Of a stretch of 64,000 bases of DNA, positions 51,371 through 64,000 are shown piece after piece; the first letter of the stretch is position 1; every line of letters begins with the position of its first letter. This stretch comes from Eledone cirrhosa (lineage: Eukaryota), in contig OZ024743.1 of assembly GCA_964016885.1 (NCBI GenBank), forward strand, positions 45,570,001 through 45,634,000, given 5' to 3'. The translations under genes were made by a program, and so were the position numbers. Under the pieces are notes generated by a model. That model ran no database searches and was not told where the DNA came from. It saw nothing but the letters and a program-made list of their open reading frames with translations.

Positions 51371-51403
<33 letters not shown>
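51285..51403. repeat. (GAA)n-(GAC)n compound microsatellite
   Basis: Direct inspection. Confidence 0.95.
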
Positions 51404-52189
51404 TTTGGTTAGTAGACATAGCGATAGGTTGTGTAAAGAAACTGATATATTTTCTTAGTAATTAACATTGAAATCTCTGATTATGAAAGTGACATTAGTT
51501 TGCTAATATCACCAGTACAGTTAATGACAACATGTATCTACTTTCACATATACCTATGATAATGTCTTGAATTACATCTGTTTATACGGACTACATGGAA
51601 TTTACTAATTGAAATTTCTATTTTCATGTATTTTCTAGGAAGGAATCACATCTTAGAAGAATCGATCCAGTTATTCAAAAATATACAAGAACTGTAAACT
51701 TCACATAACATTGATAATTTATTTGATACATATCATACATTTATCATTAAGATAAATGTATAATGGAGTTGTAAAAACGCGTATTTATGTATACATTATT
51801 AATATAAGTGGAGTGTGATATGTGTTATGTTAAAAGTGTATGCGTTATTTATGTGTATATATTTATATAGCTTATTGTATTTACCTGTGTTTGCATGCAT
51901 CGTGATGCATGTGTAAGGCCTGAGACAAATTGGTGGGTGTAAGATAGTAGTGTTTTGTGTGTCTGGGCCTGTATTATTCCATCCTGCGAGGATATTTGAA
52001 CTTGTATGTGGGCATCCTCGAAATAACCTATTTTTAGTGTTTAGGAATTTTTCCGAAGATTTCGGCCCCTGCAATATCCATTATTTTTCACTTAGGCAAA
52101 GTAAACACATGTTTGTTTCTTTAACGTATGGGCATGATCGTGTATGGTATACCTTTATCTTTCAGTTACCATGTAAGACTTGCCAGTGC

Positions 52190-53085
52190 CGTGGCTGTCC
52201 TCAATTCCTGGTGTTTGGTAGATGCAATATTTGAATAGTACCGTTGTTTAAACTGGTCTTGTGTCATATCTACATATCGCTCTTTGTTTGCTATATGTTT
52301 GTTTATAACTTGTGTGATGGTAGCTTCGTATACATTTTTGCTGCAAAGAGCATTGATCTTTGTTTCTGCGTGAACATCCCGGGTTTACATCAGTTTTTAA
52401 TGTTATTTTTGCCTTCATAGAAAGTCTGCCGGAGTAGCTTATTTTTACCGTCTTCCAGTGGGGGGGGGGGGGGGGTCATGAATTCTAAGAATTGTTTGCC
52501 TATCTTCGCCTTCACTGCTTGAGAGTAAGGATGTGTAGGTTAAATTTATATTTCTTTTCCTACTTTTACGCGTATTTTAAGTGGTGGTATTGAGTATATA
52601 TTTGATTTTATCTTTGAAGCCGCTATCTGTAAGTGCTCTGTTATAGTATAGGACTACCCTATCACATAGCTCCTTGGAGGGATATAAGTTAGCGATCCTA
52701 TGGCCAATGTTGGGGACTAGATTTTTAATGGTTACTGGAGGGTAGCAGAACGCTCTATTAATATATGTTAGTTTTTCGTTAGGCTTATGGTAAAGTAATG
52801 TGTACATGTAGCTAACTCCAAGTTAACATCTAAAAAACTGGCATTGGTTAGATTAGTATCTACGGTTATTTTAAGTCCTAAGTTGCTAAAGATCTGTATT
52901 AGACTCTTGCGGAAATTATCTAGGGAATATCTGTTGCAGTTATAGGAAACTGCCTGCTAACCCGACGTTGCAGTAGAGACCAGTCACATGGTTGGGGAAT
53001 TTCCCTTTAACGGTATGAAGGATGAATAATCCAACAAAATGGCACACATCTGCACTGTCGTACGATCCCATCGATGCACTTAACG
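52190..53085 (-). mobile_element. Decayed Penelope-like element (Naiad-like)
   Basis: Minus strand SMGSYDSADVCHFVGLF near 53070; ORF 52577-52807 YHKPNEKLTYIN...PPVTIKNL..YYNRALTDSGF. Confidence 0.8.
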
Positions 53086-53097
53086 AGATCTCATGTA

Positions 53098-53284
53098 AAT
53101 AATTGTTTCTAATTTTGGCACAAGGCCAGCAATTATCCAGTACATTACTGGTACTTTATTTTATCGACCCCGTAAGGATGAAAGGCAAAGTTAACCTCGA
53201 CCGGATTTGAACTCAGACCGTAAAGAAACGTAACTATGCTAGAAAGCATAGCGTTCAACCCTCTACCGATACTGCCAATTCACC
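53098..53284 (-). mobile_element. SINE family A
   Basis: Full consensus match. Confidence 0.85.
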
Positions 53285-53841
53285 AATGTTGGCCATCTTG
53301 GTATTGTCTAAAACGTAGCAGATATACCGTCGCTAACACCTACTCTAGAGTAGGCTTTGAAACCTTAGGTTGCGTGCAACAGTATCATTGAAAATATATT
53401 TATAATAATATAACTTAGCTCCATACATAACATAAAGCGTTCTTTTTCCTTTATCTAGTCTAAGGAGATTCTTGAAAGACACACACACAACACACGCATA
53501 CATAAAAACATACATATATATATATATATATTGCAGTGAAAAGTATGGTATGGTAGAATAATGTGTATATGGTATATTTACTATATCTCATAGCGCCTTA
53601 GTAACACCATTGATTATTTCACAAGTTCATGCACGCCTATCCATTACAGATGATGATGGGAAATCTTACATAGTATAACAGTTAATTGAATAGTCCGGCA
53701 TATTGTCGTTGACGACACAATATCATGTATTTATTATGTGCATTATGTGTGGTGTTGCTATTACTATCCTGAGGGTAATACATGCTTACTTTAAGCCGGC
53801 GAAAAAGATTTGATTAATAGTATTTAACATATACATGTGCG

Positions 53842-53902
<61 letters not shown>

Positions 53903-53977
53903 GTATATATACGTAAGTGTGTGTGTATATATACGTATATATATGTGTGTGTGTATTATATATATATAAAATATATA

Positions 53978-54027
<50 letters not shown>

Positions 54028-54759
54028 GCATATATGCATATACATACGTATATACCTACATACATGCATACATCTAGGTATATATGTGATTGTAGGGTGT
54101 AGGGGGGGGGGTCTTTGATACATATATGTACGTATGTATGTTGTGTATCGTAAGAGTTGTAATTGAGTTCTTTAAAATTTGTTGGATTACCAATTCTTTT
54201 CTTTGTGGAAGCCTGAAGAAATAAGAAGCTAGAAAATTATCGTCTTCCATACAATTTTATTATAAAATGGTCGGCGTTCGTAAGATTTCTAAAGAAACAC
54301 CTGCTGTTTGCTAGAGAGTAGGGTAAATCTTATTTAGTTACAAAATATATAAAGTCATAGAGATATATGAAATGGAATGGACCTCCGTCGGTTTTAACTG
54401 TGAGTATTCCAGTTTTTCGATCATTGATCAAACAACGAAAACAATCGTCGTCGAAACTGACGGAGGTCGAACATCAACAACAGCAACAACAACCACAACA
54501 ATATTTATGCATAATAAACATACATTTAATCGTGCTGTGAATATTTTAAACTTTGATATGATCATTGTTTAAAATAAAATGTATTGTCTATTGTTTCAAG
54601 ATATTAGTACTTAAGAAAGAAATGATTTATTAAAGTATTTCCTTTTCCTCTTCAATATTTGACATCACGTTAATGGATATACTTTACTAATGGACATGTA
54701 TGTGTATGGTATAGATATAGATACGTGTGCGTGAATATATATATATATATTCACACACA

Positions 54760-54793
<34 letters not shown>

Positions 54794-54830
54794 CACACGT
54801 ATATATATATATATATATATATTCACACAC

Positions 54831-54899
<69 letters not shown>

Positions 54900-55439
54900 C
54901 ACACACGTATATATATATATATATATATATATATTCACACTCGTATATATATGTACACTTCGTGTTATTGTATCTCTGGGTTTGTCATATTTATCTTGAA
55001 TTGTATATAATATCCAACACAACTTATAAACATTATGAAGCGCTGAAACAATATTCAAATGCATTAACAAGTTTAGAGAATCCAGGTTTTTAACACCTGT
55101 CTTCATTCAATCTACGTTCATGACGAAAAGCCAGAGATGTACTGACCATTTAGACAATGTCCGAGGAGATGGGGGGTTAGATAGAAAAGAAAGACCACCT
55201 GAATAAATGTCACGAAAAAGTGAAGTCAAAGCTGCTGCACAACGCTTGGTATGAAAATGGACCTCACCTTAGCTAAGCAGTGGAAACGCCCTTGCTCCTC
55301 GGCAGTCTCTTAGTATCACCCATGTTCCCGGGCTGGTTATATGACCCAGTTAGTTTTCTGCTATGCACCCTAATCTGTATGTTCTAATCTAATTCTATTC
55401 TAAACGATTTAGACAAGTGTTTCCTAGATTCTACGAATC

Positions 55440-57065
55440 AAGCGATCGATAATCCGTCGATTTCTACGATGAGCATTCACTCGTTTGATCAACTGAACGT
55501 TAAATCGTAATTCGTGTTGAATATTCCACAGAGACGTGTACCATTTGGGTAACTCTCATGCAGAATCCGTGTGATGCAATGTGATATGGCTGGAATTATG
55601 TATGTCTAAACTACATTAGTTTCGACGATGATTATTCAGTCGTTCGATCAACTGAACGTCCGACACGTGTGTTAACGTGTAACTGATCCAGTATTCCATA
55701 GACACGACTGGACTTTTGAACTACAAATAAATTCCATCCGACGAGCTTCCATTCACCCAATTTCACTCACAAGACTTGGATTGACCTTGGATCAAGGCAC
55801 TTGCTCAATGTGCCACAGAATATGAGGAAACCTGGGACTTTGTGATTATGAAACGTGCACCCTAATCATACAGCCATCCCTGCGTCCACGATAAAATTAT
55901 ATTCTGAGCGACCCTGTAGGGATGAAAAACAAAATTTACCTCTGCTGGATTTGAGCTCAGAATGTAAAGACACAGAATAATCTCGCATTGCATTTAATCC
56001 GACACTCAAGTCATTCTTTCAAATAATGGTTTCTTTTATAAGCACAAGGCCAGCAATTTTGGGGAAGGGGAAAGTCGATTAAATCGACTCCAGTGTATTA
56101 CTGGTACTTTATTTTATCGACCCCGTAAGGATGAAAGGCAAAGCTAACCTCGGCGGGATTTGAACTCACATTCTGTCAAATAATAACCACTACTTTAATT
56201 TTATTTGTTTTGTCCCTTAAAATTTTAGACTGATCTCCCCACCAAGTTACTTCGATTTTCACCCTTCGATGATTGATAAACTATGTACCAATTAATATGA
56301 TATGGTATAGAACTGTAGTTTTTTATGATGGCCATCATATTGACATTCAGCGCTTCTTTGGGGCATTTTTAAACTTGGCGGAACTCATCTTTTCTCCAAG
56401 TCTGTATACAGCAGACATAGAGTGAGTAAAGAAGTGGGAAAGAGATATAGAGGCAGAGCTAACCCCAATACTTGACTAGTACGTTTTTTAATCGAACGCG
56501 AAAGGATGGCAAACAAAGTTGGCTTCGGTGAGATTTGAACTCAGAGAGCAAAGAGACAGAGCAAAGAGCCCGAACAAATACCACACAGCACTGTATCTGA
56601 CAGTCTAACGACTCTGCCAATTCGCCGCCTGCCAATTAATATACTGGAGTCAAATTAGACAGCATTACATTCTCTCTATGAACACCTAACACTCTATTCA
56701 AAGAATGGTTTCTAGTTTAGGCAGAATGTCGGTAAATTTCGAAGGGAGAAAGTTTGTTATATCATCAGTCAAGGAAAGACGAACGGCAGAGTTGACCTCA
56801 GTGAGATTTGAACTCAGAATATAAAGACGCTGGAACAAATGTCGCAAAACATTTTCCCGAAACTCTACCTATTTCTCCAATACATCAAATACTGGTTTTT
56901 TAATTTAGGCACAAAGCCTGCAGCTTCGGGAAAAGGAAAATTGATTCTTTTGACCCAAGTACTTGACTGGTACTTTATTTTATCGACTCTGGATGAATAA
57001 ACGGCGAGATTTGTACCCAGAACGCAAAGGACTATAAATAGGTATTTTGTTCGACGCTCAGACTT
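55440..57065 (-). mobile_element. Cluster of SINE remnants (family A at 56023-56168 and older diverged copies)
   Basis: Repeated GATTTGAACTCAG, GGTACTTTATTTTATCGAC and GGCACAAGGCC motifs. Confidence 0.65.
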
Positions 57066-58192
57066 TTATTACATTTTAGGCTACATATTTCCTAAAAGGA
57101 CCTTGATTTAATTTAATGCAAGATAATATATAGCAGCACTTATACAGAATAGACTCAATGCACTGAGCTATACTAAGAACCCTTGTCATCACACAGGTTT
57201 GAATCTCATCAAAACAGAAAGCTATCAAAATCCCCAAAGACATAAACAAACTATTTGACATATTTTCACGTTATTCTATTGTATTGTTTTCTTATGAAAC
57301 GTCTTTTATATTTTGAAGCCACTTCCCCCAGATAATTGACTGAATGGGGAATTCGGTACGTCACACACTTAGACAGATTAAACACTGATTTGTTTTACTT
57401 GATAATATTTATATAAAATGTAACAAGTTTGGTAGAAATTTTAGAACTGCAAATTAGATTTCAGAATCTTTATTCAAAATCTGATGGCATTGGAAATAGT
57501 AGGGATGGTAAATTTAACAATGTAAAAGCATGGTTATTGCTATAAAACCGAAATTGTATTACTCTACGTAACACAAAGTTTATGGTAACTGGGCTTGTTC
57601 AGTCATAAAATGAATCAATTTATTTACTTTGAGTCTGATTTTAAAAGGAAATAATCATTTCAGGTCTTTGGTGTTTGTATAAATCTATATTATAATGGTT
57701 GTACTGGATTCTTTTGTCCGTCTGTCACACACGAACGATAGAATCTGAGAAAATCATTCTAAAATGTTTATTCAGAATTCATGAAATACAATTAAAGGTA
57801 AGAAAAAAAGTAGAGGGGAGGGGCAAATGTTCTAAAATTGTTTCATTCATACAAGAAATTAGCTGAAATTGCTACAAGTTTACGATGGTGAGAAAAACAC
57901 GTGAAGGGGAGTAACTCCAGAAAGCTGACGTTCTGTTAAGTATAAAAATAATAATCGTAGTGGTTAGTGCGGGGACTAAGGAATTAAACGCAATATGAGT
58001 AGTGAGATGAAAAAATAAGTGTAAACCACCGAGAGTGCAACCGTTGTTGTGGTTCGGAACCAACTAGATCCAAGGGTCAGAAGCCTATATAACAGCAGGA
58101 CAGCAGTGCACCAACTTCTTAGCTGAGCTCTGAACAAGGTCAGTAGCAGATACGCTTAGATACGAATCTAGAGACACACTGTAATGCATTTA

Positions 58193-58955
58193 GTAATAAT
58201 TATTTCTACTTTTGGCACATGGCCAGGAATTACCCAGTGCATTACTGGTACTTTATTTTATCGACCCCATAAGGATGAAAGGCAAAATTAACCTCGGCAG
58301 GATTTGAACTCAGAAAGTAAAGGGGCATAACTCTATGCTGTAAAGCATGGTGTCTGACACCCTACCGATACTGCCAATTCACCGCGCTTTTCTACTTTTG
58401 GTACAAGGCCAGCAATTATCCCAGTGTATGATTTGTACTTTATTTTATCGACCCCGTAAGGATGAAAGGCAAATTTAACCTCTGCGGGATTTGAACTCAG
58501 AATGGCAAGGGCCGTAACTCTATGCGTCAAAGCATGGCGTCTGACCTTCTTCCGATACTGCCAATCCACCGCATTTGGTAATAATAATATTCATTATTAT
58601 TACTATTATTCCTGAGGGTGTTCAAATCCTGCCGAGGTTAACTTTGCCTTTCATCCTTACGGGGTCGATAAAATAAAGTACCAGTAATGCACTGGGTAAT
58701 TGCTGGCCTTGTGCCAAAAGTAGAAACGATTATTATTCCTGAGGGTTGGAAGAATCGGAGGAGGTCGGACACCATGCTTTGCAGCATAGAGTTATGGCAC
58801 TTTATGGTCTGAGTTCAAATCCCGCCGAGGTTAACTTTGCCTTTCATCCTTACGAGGTCGATAAAATAAAGTACCACTAACGTACTGGGGTCAGTTTAAT
58901 CGACTTTCCCCTTTCCTTCAAACTGCTGGCCTTGCGCCTAAATCAGAAAGCATTA
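58193..58955. mobile_element. Four family A SINEs: two minus (58193-58572), then two plus (58619-58955)
   Basis: Family core in both orientations. Confidence 0.85.
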
Positions 58956-59295
58956 TGAAAGGCGCTGTCGCCAAATTGGAGCAGCTCCTCTTCACCTTCT
59001 TGTGGAGGGGAAAAGTTCCATTGGCGAGGCGGTCCATCTGCTGCCAGCACCCTCTACGCGGAGGGCTTTGAATGTCGTGGCTAATGATGCGCAAACATGC
59101 ACTGAGGTTGCGGCATTTGCAGATATTCTGTCTAAACGGTGAACAGATGTGGTTGCCGTTTGTGGTTGCCGTTTCTGCAGCTTGTCTCTTTGACTGAGCT
59201 GCAGTCCTGGGTCAAGAAGAGACCGAGACTGGGCGACTGGCATCTGGAATGTTGCCAGGCGCTCACTGCCCTCAACCGGGCGGGCAATGCTGTCA
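58956..59295 (+). mobile_element. Tx1/L1-like ORF2 fragment
   Basis: LEQLLFTFLWRGK...RRSICCQHPLR..LVSLTELQSWVKKRPR matches ORF 41857-42501. Confidence 0.8.
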
Positions 59296-59611
59296 GTAGA
59301 ACTTCAGTGCCATACAAAAATCAGGCATACCAGGTATCGCACACATTTTAAGAAAAGTATTATCTGTCTGAGATCCTTATGACTTTCAGATAACTAAATA
59401 CTCTAGTGCATTAATGATCAACACCAGACCTGCCAACTCTCCCCATCGGACCAAGAGATCTCTCATCCAATTTGGGGTGAGTGAGAGATGTCTTCTCTTG
59501 TGAAAATGGGTATAGCTTTCATTATGTAAAATCTCCCCATTTTGCCTCATTTCTCCCCGTTTAGGTGTTAAGAGGTTGGCAGGTCTGATCAACACTGCGT
59601 GACAAAGTGAT

Positions 59612-59757
59612 AGTAATAATTGTTTCTACTTTTGGCACAAGGCCAGCAATTACCCAGTGCATTACTGGTACTTTATTTTATCGACCCCGTAAGGATGAAA
59701 GGCAAAGTTAACCCCGGCGGGATTTGAACTCAGACCGTAAAGGGTCGTAACTATGCT
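59612..59757 (-). mobile_element. SINE family A, 5'-truncated
   Basis: Family core and tail. Confidence 0.8.
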
Positions 59758-60324
59758 GAAGTGATAGTAATAATGGTTTCTAATTTAGGCTTAAGGTCAG
59801 CAATCTGGGGGAACGAGAAAGTCGGTTATATCGACATACATAGACACATCCATCCATCCATCCATCCATCCATCCATCCATCCATCCATCCATCCATACA
59901 TCCATCCATACATACATACATACATACATACATACATACATACATACATACATACATACATCGCCCGCCCACAGTTTTACTACATATTTAATTATTTATA
60001 AAATATAATTATTCACGAAACCAAGTTAATTCATTATTAATATTTGAGTTTTTTTTATATTTCTTTAGATTCTATAATTACGTAAAACTGAGGGCTTTCC
60101 TTTATTGTATTAAAGATGATTCCTTACAAATATATGTTTGGATTGAAACTTAGCAAGTATTTCTCCTACAAAAGAATAATTCAAATAAGAGTTTGTTGTT
60201 TTGTTGTTTTTTATTTAAGTTTCATTCTGTTCTCAAACCACACAACCCTTGATCGATTTTAATTGTGCAGCGGCACAACAGCATCTAGTAGTTGCTAACG
60301 CCATCTTCTTTGCTGTCATTGTCG

Positions 60325-61360
60325 AAGCGGGGGCGAGGTGAAGGTGATGGAGGCGGCGGTGAAGGTGATGGAGACGGCGGTGGCGGTATGGAAGCGGCGG
60401 TGAAGGTGACGGTGGCGGAGGCGGTGACGAAGGCGGCGGTGAAGGTGATGGAGGCGGCGGTGACGGAGGTGGTGACGGTGACGGAGGCGGTGGTGACGGT
60501 GATGGAGGCGGCGGTGACGGTGGAGGCGGCGGTGACGGTGACGGTGACGGAGGCGGTGAAGGTGATGGAGGCGGCGGTGATGGTGATGGAGGCGGCGGTG
60601 ACGGAGGTGGTGACGGTGACGGAGGCGGCGGTAACGGTGATGGAGGCGGCGGTGACGGAGGCGGCGGTGACGGTGATGGAGGCGGCGGTAACGGTGACGG
60701 AGGCGGTGGTGACGGTGGCGGTGACGGAGGCGGTGGTGACGGTGACGGAGGCGGTGACGGTGACGGAGGCGGTGACGGTGACGGAGGCGGCGGTAACGGT
60801 GGCGGAGGCGGCGGTGACGGTGGCGGAGGCGGCGGTGACGGTGGCGGTGACGGAGGCGGGGGTGACGGTGACGGAGGCGGTGGTGACGGTGACGGAGGTG
60901 GTGACGGTGACAGAGGCGGCGGTTACGGTAACGGAGGCGGTGGTGACGGTGACGATGGCGGAGGTGACGGTGACAGGGGCGGCGTGGGGGCGATGGCAGA
61001 GGCGGTAGCACATGCAGCGAAGATGGCGGCGACGGTGGCAGAGGTAGTGGGAGCAATGTTGGCGGTAGCAGCACTGGTGTTGGAGGAGGAGAGGGAGGAG
61101 GAGGTGGGTGGGGCATCTTCACCATCATCAAAGCCATCATCATCATCACCAAAACCGTCATCATCATCATCATCATGGTCTTCATAATCCACATCATCCT
61201 CATCATTGTCATCACTATCACCATCACAACTATCATAACCATCATTGCCATCACCATCTTCACTATCATCATCGCCACCGTCATTACCATCACCACCACT
61301 ACCACTACCATCACCACCACCACCACCACCACCATTAGCATCATCATCACCGTCATTGAG
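60325..61360. repeat. GC-rich trinucleotide-based low-complexity array (GGT/GAC/GGC/GGA), then (CAT/CAC)n
   Basis: Direct inspection; several frames stay open. Confidence 0.9.
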
Positions 61361-61620
61361 TCAATCAAAGTGTGAGTGTTCTTCGTTGTACTCTATCACA
61401 GTCCCCGACTAAATCCCCAGCCCTCCGCCATTTTATTCCATATATAGACAAATACGTAGATTGATTAAGACAGATTGTCTGTATATAATCCACCCAAGAC
61501 CTACGTGAAACTATTGCTTTGTTAGTTATCTAGATGAAGGGTGGTTCTTCCTCTAAGCCGCCACCCAATATAGACGTTGATTTGTCAGAACGGTAGAACG
61601 TATTTGTTTTAGCTCTCTGC

Positions 61621-62092
61621 ATTCATCATCATCATCATCATCATTTTACGTCCGCTTTTCCCTGCTTGCAAGGGTGGGGCGGGTCCTATTCATCACAACA
61701 TCTCTCCACTTGTCACACTCCCTCGTCATCTTCTCCGTGAGCTTCAGTGATCTGAGATCAGCTGTCACCACCACCGCCCATGTATTTCGTGGTCTTCCTC
61801 TACTGCGTCTTCCTTCAACTGGGATTTCTTGGCCCCTCTTTACCCAGCGGTCATCCTCCATGCACATCACATGTCCATACCATAGCAGTCTTCTCTCCCG
61901 CACAGTATAACTTATCCCTCTTAAACACAGTTTCTCTCTCAACTCATCCATGCTTCGTCGTTCACGCACATTGACATTGCACATCCAACGGAGCATGCTT
62001 GCTTCATTACTCTCCAGCCGTCGCATATCCTCTGCAGTTGCTTCCCATGTCTCACTACCATGCAGCATCGCGCATCTCACACAGGCATCATA
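61621..62092 (-). mobile_element. RTE LINE 3' end with (GAT)n tail
   Basis: ORF 61646-62080 AMLHGSETW, MLRWMC, RRLLWYGHV, GRRSRGRPRNTW; (CAT)n at 61620-61644. Confidence 0.88.
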
Positions 62093-62094
62093 TA

Positions 62095-63800
62095 ACTGAG
62101 TTCAAATCCCGCCGAGGTGAAATTTTCCTTCCATCCTTTCGGTATCCATAAATAAAGTACCAGCCCAGAGGCAGAATTTGTAGAATTGGTAAAGAATCGG
62201 GCGGGATCATTTGCTCTATATGATCTGGTTCTGCGCGTTCTGAGTTCAGATCCTGCTTTCTTCTGTTGAGGTCAACTTTACTTTTCATCAAGAGCAAACA
62301 ATATGAATAGCATCATTAACAGCTTTAACATGAGATAATTTTTCTGAGGATTATACTGCCAATCAAAAATAGACGTACCTGTTGTATTTCACTTCAGTTT
62401 TATTTAATCACTCAGATAATTAATGCATTAATTAGTTCATAAATCAATTTACTGATTAATTGGTCGGTCAAAGTTTTTTTCTTATCAATAATTATATGCC
62501 CTGTAGGCTCATTCTTTGTTTACACTTAGTCATTGTTTCAGCTGTAAATATTGTAAAAAATTATGTATCAGGTGTAGTTTTCAGATAGAGGAAGGCAGTG
62601 AATTGGTAGAGTATTTAGGGCGTTGGATCAAAAGAGTCTCGGTACTTGTTGCGGCTGACTGCGCTTTGCGTTCAAATCCCGCCGAGGTCAACTTTTCCTT
62701 TAATCATTTCGCGGTCGATAAAGTACCAAACCAATATTGTGATCGATTCTTCCTCTATCTCTCTTTCTGGATGACATCGGCAGTGTTACGACTTGAATCG
62801 GGGGAGGAGGGCTCCACCGGGTTTTAAATCCATAAAACACGCCGTGTGTAAGGACTGTGCCCCTACATTTCCATCGGTATTTAAGGGGAGAAATGGGTAA
62901 GGGGCAAAATCTATCCTCTTGGTTGCGCCCCGCTGACATTAGAAGAAAGGTATTGCCGCGGAGAACAACCAGCGATACCTTTCAGGATCTCTTGTCAGAG
63001 GTGTGGTATGTGCGTAGGCTGGTTAATGATCTAATTATTTGATTGATTAATAAAACTGAAATGAACGAGTGCGTGTGTATTTGATTGGCAGTATGACCCG
63101 CCAATAATAAACGCAATATCTGCTTCCACACACGAGTTCACATCAATCATTATGTAAATATTAAGTAACAAAAATAGTGATAATTGTAAAAAGAAAATGT
63201 GTAAAATCCACAAATGAGCGATCATTATTCTTTCAGTTTTCATGTATTTCAATCTATAACAATATAATCAATAATTTGCCATTGAAAGTAATGTTTTGTA
63301 AAACAATGATTCAAGAGAAATAGAATGAGAAAGAAGTGTTTGTCACAATCACTCTGAAAGTATTAAATCTTCATTTATTTATTTTGAATTGAAATTGTGT
63401 TAAGTACATGTTATAGCCAAGGTCTTTATTTTTCTAGTAAATATTTGCTTTAATTCGCTTTAGAAATATACATGATTCAAATTATTCAACTGATATTCCG
63501 TTTTGTTCAATGATTTTCATTTTTCTTCATTTGTAATATTTTGTGGATTTAAGTGGGGTATTTTTCATTTCTTTTTTAATTTCATCTTGTTTCCTCCTTC
63601 ACTTTTAATAAATAGTTGTGTTTTCTGCGTACTAAGTTCAAATCACGTCGAGGTTAACTTAATCTTTCATTCCTTAGAGGGCGATAAAATAAAGTACCAG
63701 TCTAAGAGACGGAATGAATTAGCGTATTTGTTAGAGTGTCGGGCAAGATACATTGCGGTATTTTTTTCCGGTTCTTTGCATTCTGAGTTCAAGTCCCACA
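62095..63800 (+). mobile_element. Several diverged SINE family A fragments
   Basis: GTTCAAATCCCGCCGAGG-like cores at about 62100, 62245, 62670, 63636, 63787. Confidence 0.7.
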
Positions 63801-64000
63801 GTAACTTGCTTAACTGATAAGGTTAATCCGTCACTCTGTTTTAACACCACGTGGTGTCTTTTAGCGAAGTTCATTCAGACGCAAGCATTTGTCTCAGATA
63901 TCCAGTTTAAAGATACTTCCTTCATTCACTCATAGTCTCTGGAGCCTTGAAAACACTAGAAAATATGCAAACGAAATATATTTACATATGAAAAGAAAAT

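Noticed and set aside
51638-51710. Possible host exon after TTTTCTAG
   Set aside because: Short, no recognisable protein, weak donor, no partner exons
57664-57797. Possible exon bounded by TTTCAG and AAG/GTAAG
   Set aside because: Stop codons in all three frames
63050-63200. Promoter-like ATTGG/CCAAT motifs
   Set aside because: Short motifs expected by chance; no downstream gene visible

Overview
Repeat-saturated, AT-rich animal genomic DNA. It is probably from an octopod cephalopod, an inference from two abundant tRNA-derived SINE families that I recognise from memory as octopus-type. I found no convincing host exon or gene, and most ORF-track entries are translations of (TA)n/(CA)n and other simple repeats. 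The window holds: (i) at least six decayed Penelope-like retroelements (PLEs; five Naiad-like RT/GIY-YIG copies and one Neptune-like GIY-YIG), with inverted pseudo-LTR copies and about a dozen intact or degenerate type-I hammerhead ribozyme motifs, several in short hairpin-shaped inserts beside (TA)n; (ii) three R4/Dong-clade RLE retrotransposons and a near full-length Tx1/L1-clade LINE, with two Dong copies and the Tx1 clustered on (TAA)n tracts; (iii) RTE LINE fragments, one with twin-priming inversion geometry; (iv) over 20 SINEs, minisatellites and an orientation-switching 27-bp satellite. The best leads are a conserved 5'-UTR pseudoknot with a compensatory base-pair change shared by two divergent Dong/R4 families, the hammerhead repertoire, and a composite PLE/microsatellite block duplicated in inverted orientation across 1.5-14 kb. 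All alignments and folds were done by eye, so boundaries are approximate.
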